The notes under the pieces are model-generated. The model worked only from the letters and a program-made list of their open reading frames with translations, was not told the origin of the DNA and made no database searches. A DNA stretch of 33,864 bases from Dimorphilus gyrociliatus. Its lineage: Eukaryota; Animalia; Annelida. The position numbers and the translations under genes are program-made. Shown piece after piece: positions 31,944 through 33,864 of the stretch (position 1 is its first letter; each line of letters begins with the position of its first letter). The stretch lies in assembly GCA_904063045.1 (NCBI GenBank), contig CAJFCJ010000122.1, positions 1 to 33,864 on the forward strand. The letters run 5' to 3'.

Positions 31944-33864
31944 CTACTTTGCTGCAATGAATTGTGATTTAAAATTTTTAATTCTATGATAGATTGTGCT
32001 TGATGCCAATAATATTGAATTAAGTGACATACTGAGCGATAATACAAGAAATACGATCCAATTGTAGACAATATCATTTACTTTTAATTTTTCAAAAGTA
32101 GAAGTCAAAACTGTTTGATTCAAACAAAAAAAGTTGTGTACTTGTTTGGCTAGGTGTAGGCCTAAATTTGAAAAGAAAAAAACAAGACCTAAAATTGAAA
32201 TTGGTATCCAAACAACAAAATTGGATAATGATGAGATAACAACCGTAAATTTGACTCTTCTTTCATTAGAATCTTTTCCCTGTAATTTCTTTAATTTCTC
32301 AGCAGATTGTTTGACAGATTTGATAATTTGAATGTATAATAGAAATATTATAATACATATCAAAGGATTCAACAATCCATACAGTACAACTGAAATTATC
32401 AAATTAACATCTTTTGAGCCTGCACTGATGAGTGCGAAGCAGTGTGGTGATTGGCTATGATGGTACTTGGATTGATTGAAAAAGAAAAACAGTTTACAGC
32501 TATTGAATTGGAAATAATTATTGAAAATGGCTACTGTATTTGACCTTGACCCTTAGTAGAGTACTGTCTCAGTAGACTATTTCCACGAGTTATTATTACC
32601 TGATCGTTCAGCAAAAAACTGGCAGATTGCGCAAAACAAATAACAATTGCGCAACACAGCCAATAATTCGCGTACTTGTTAATAATTGATTTTTTCATAG
32701 GGTTCATAACAACATAAAATCGTTCAATTGTTATCATAAGCATCATAAGAGTTGATAAGCATAATGAAAATGTAACAAGCAGTCCTAGAGTTTGACAAAA
32801 CATACTATTTAACCAGACACGGTCATTGTCAATAAACGTTTGTGTATAATAGACATCAACTATTGCTACCAATAGGAAATATAATGCCAAATTGAAACTA
32901 CTCATATGCAACACTAGACGAAATCCTCTTGAAAATCCTTTAGATTTTAATAATAAAGTCATAGATATTAAATTTCCAATCATACCAAAAATACCAAATA
33001 TCCAATAGAATATTCTTTTAACGATTGATTTAACGAATACTGAACAATTCGGATAATCATATAATGATGGTTTACATTCTATTCTACTATTAATATATTT
33101 CCACAATTGGCAGCAAAGTCTGGAACTTTTACTGGAAACTTTTTGAATATCTCTCAGTTGGAGTATAATATCCAAATGTGAGTTATATGGTAATTCTGTA
33201 TTTGTAAAATCTAAATGAATCAAATATTTCATATTAGACATTGCCAATCTATCAATTTGTTTTATAAAACAATTTCTCATTATTAATGTTCTAAGATCAA
33301 ATAATTTCGTAAAATACGAAAATAATAGACTGGTTACTTTCGTAGAAGAGACGTCTAAATACAACAGGTGTCTACACTGTATAGTATCTAGGAAGGCTAA
33401 AGATGCTATTGGATTATTAGACAGTTGTAAGTTGTTTAAAAGTTTTAAATTTCTTTTTAAAATTGAATTGACCAATTTAATTCTATTATTGCGTAATGAC
33501 AATAGCATCAAATTTGGATAATCTGGTAAACTATTATATTGGAAATATTTCCAACTGTTCTCTATCCTTAGAATTATTAGATTATATGAACTTTTTAGAA
33601 TTATTGTGTTATTAAGTAGGTTATTTAGGCCTACTATTGTAATTTTTCTTAAATAATTCAATTTTTGAATTGAATAATATGATCGTTGAGGTGTGCTATT
33701 GGTAAAATTACAAAAGAGGATATGAGAAGCCATCTTTTCGCAATGAGGATGTTGAACTATTGGAATTTCACATAAAAGTTCGTCACTTCCGTCAACACAG
33801 TCAATTGTTTTATCACAAATTTGGCTCCTTGTCAAAAATTTCTTTTCTTTATAACACATAAAGT
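31944..33864 (-). CDS. LDLa-LRR-7TM receptor (RXFP/LGR type C, GRL101-like); 5' end outside the window; intron 32466-32599
   Basis: LDLa CDKTIDCVDGSDELLC; LRRs (LSLRNNRI, LQLSNNPI, LDVSSTKV); hinge LCC..C.P...PNC; TM1 GMIGNL; ITIERF; CFALI; FVVWIPI; GT-AG intron keeps the frame (NDQ|YHH). Confidence 0.92.

Overview
AT-rich eukaryotic (invertebrate-type) genomic DNA with short GT-AG introns; the species cannot be identified from the sequence. Bases 1-25.5 kb are a nested transposon cluster. It holds two related env-bearing Ty3/Gypsy LTR retroelements: one partial (+ strand, 1-~5.8 kb) and one full length (- strand, 11982-21309) with 635-bp LTRs differing at 6 sites, a tRNA-Ser PBS and a PPT. 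It also holds three Mutator-family (FLYWCH/Phantom-like) transposase units with subterminal repeat arrays, a Tc1 remnant, LTR remnants, and host-gene fragments (sacsin-like, profilin-like). Bases 25.5-33.9 kb hold degenerate FTP/F5-8C and PAN-domain sequence, two GPCR fragments on opposite strands, a Mutator MITE with a 9-bp TSD, a mariner remnant, and an LDLa-LRR-7TM (RXFP/GRL101-type) receptor gene. The most unusual feature is in the full-length retroelement: a second aspartic protease domain lies downstream of integrase, followed by a long acidic tract and a class III (gB-like) envelope. The sister element lacks this insert and runs integrase directly in frame into env. Most frameshifts in the full element are 1-nt indels in short base runs, so the real element may be intact.
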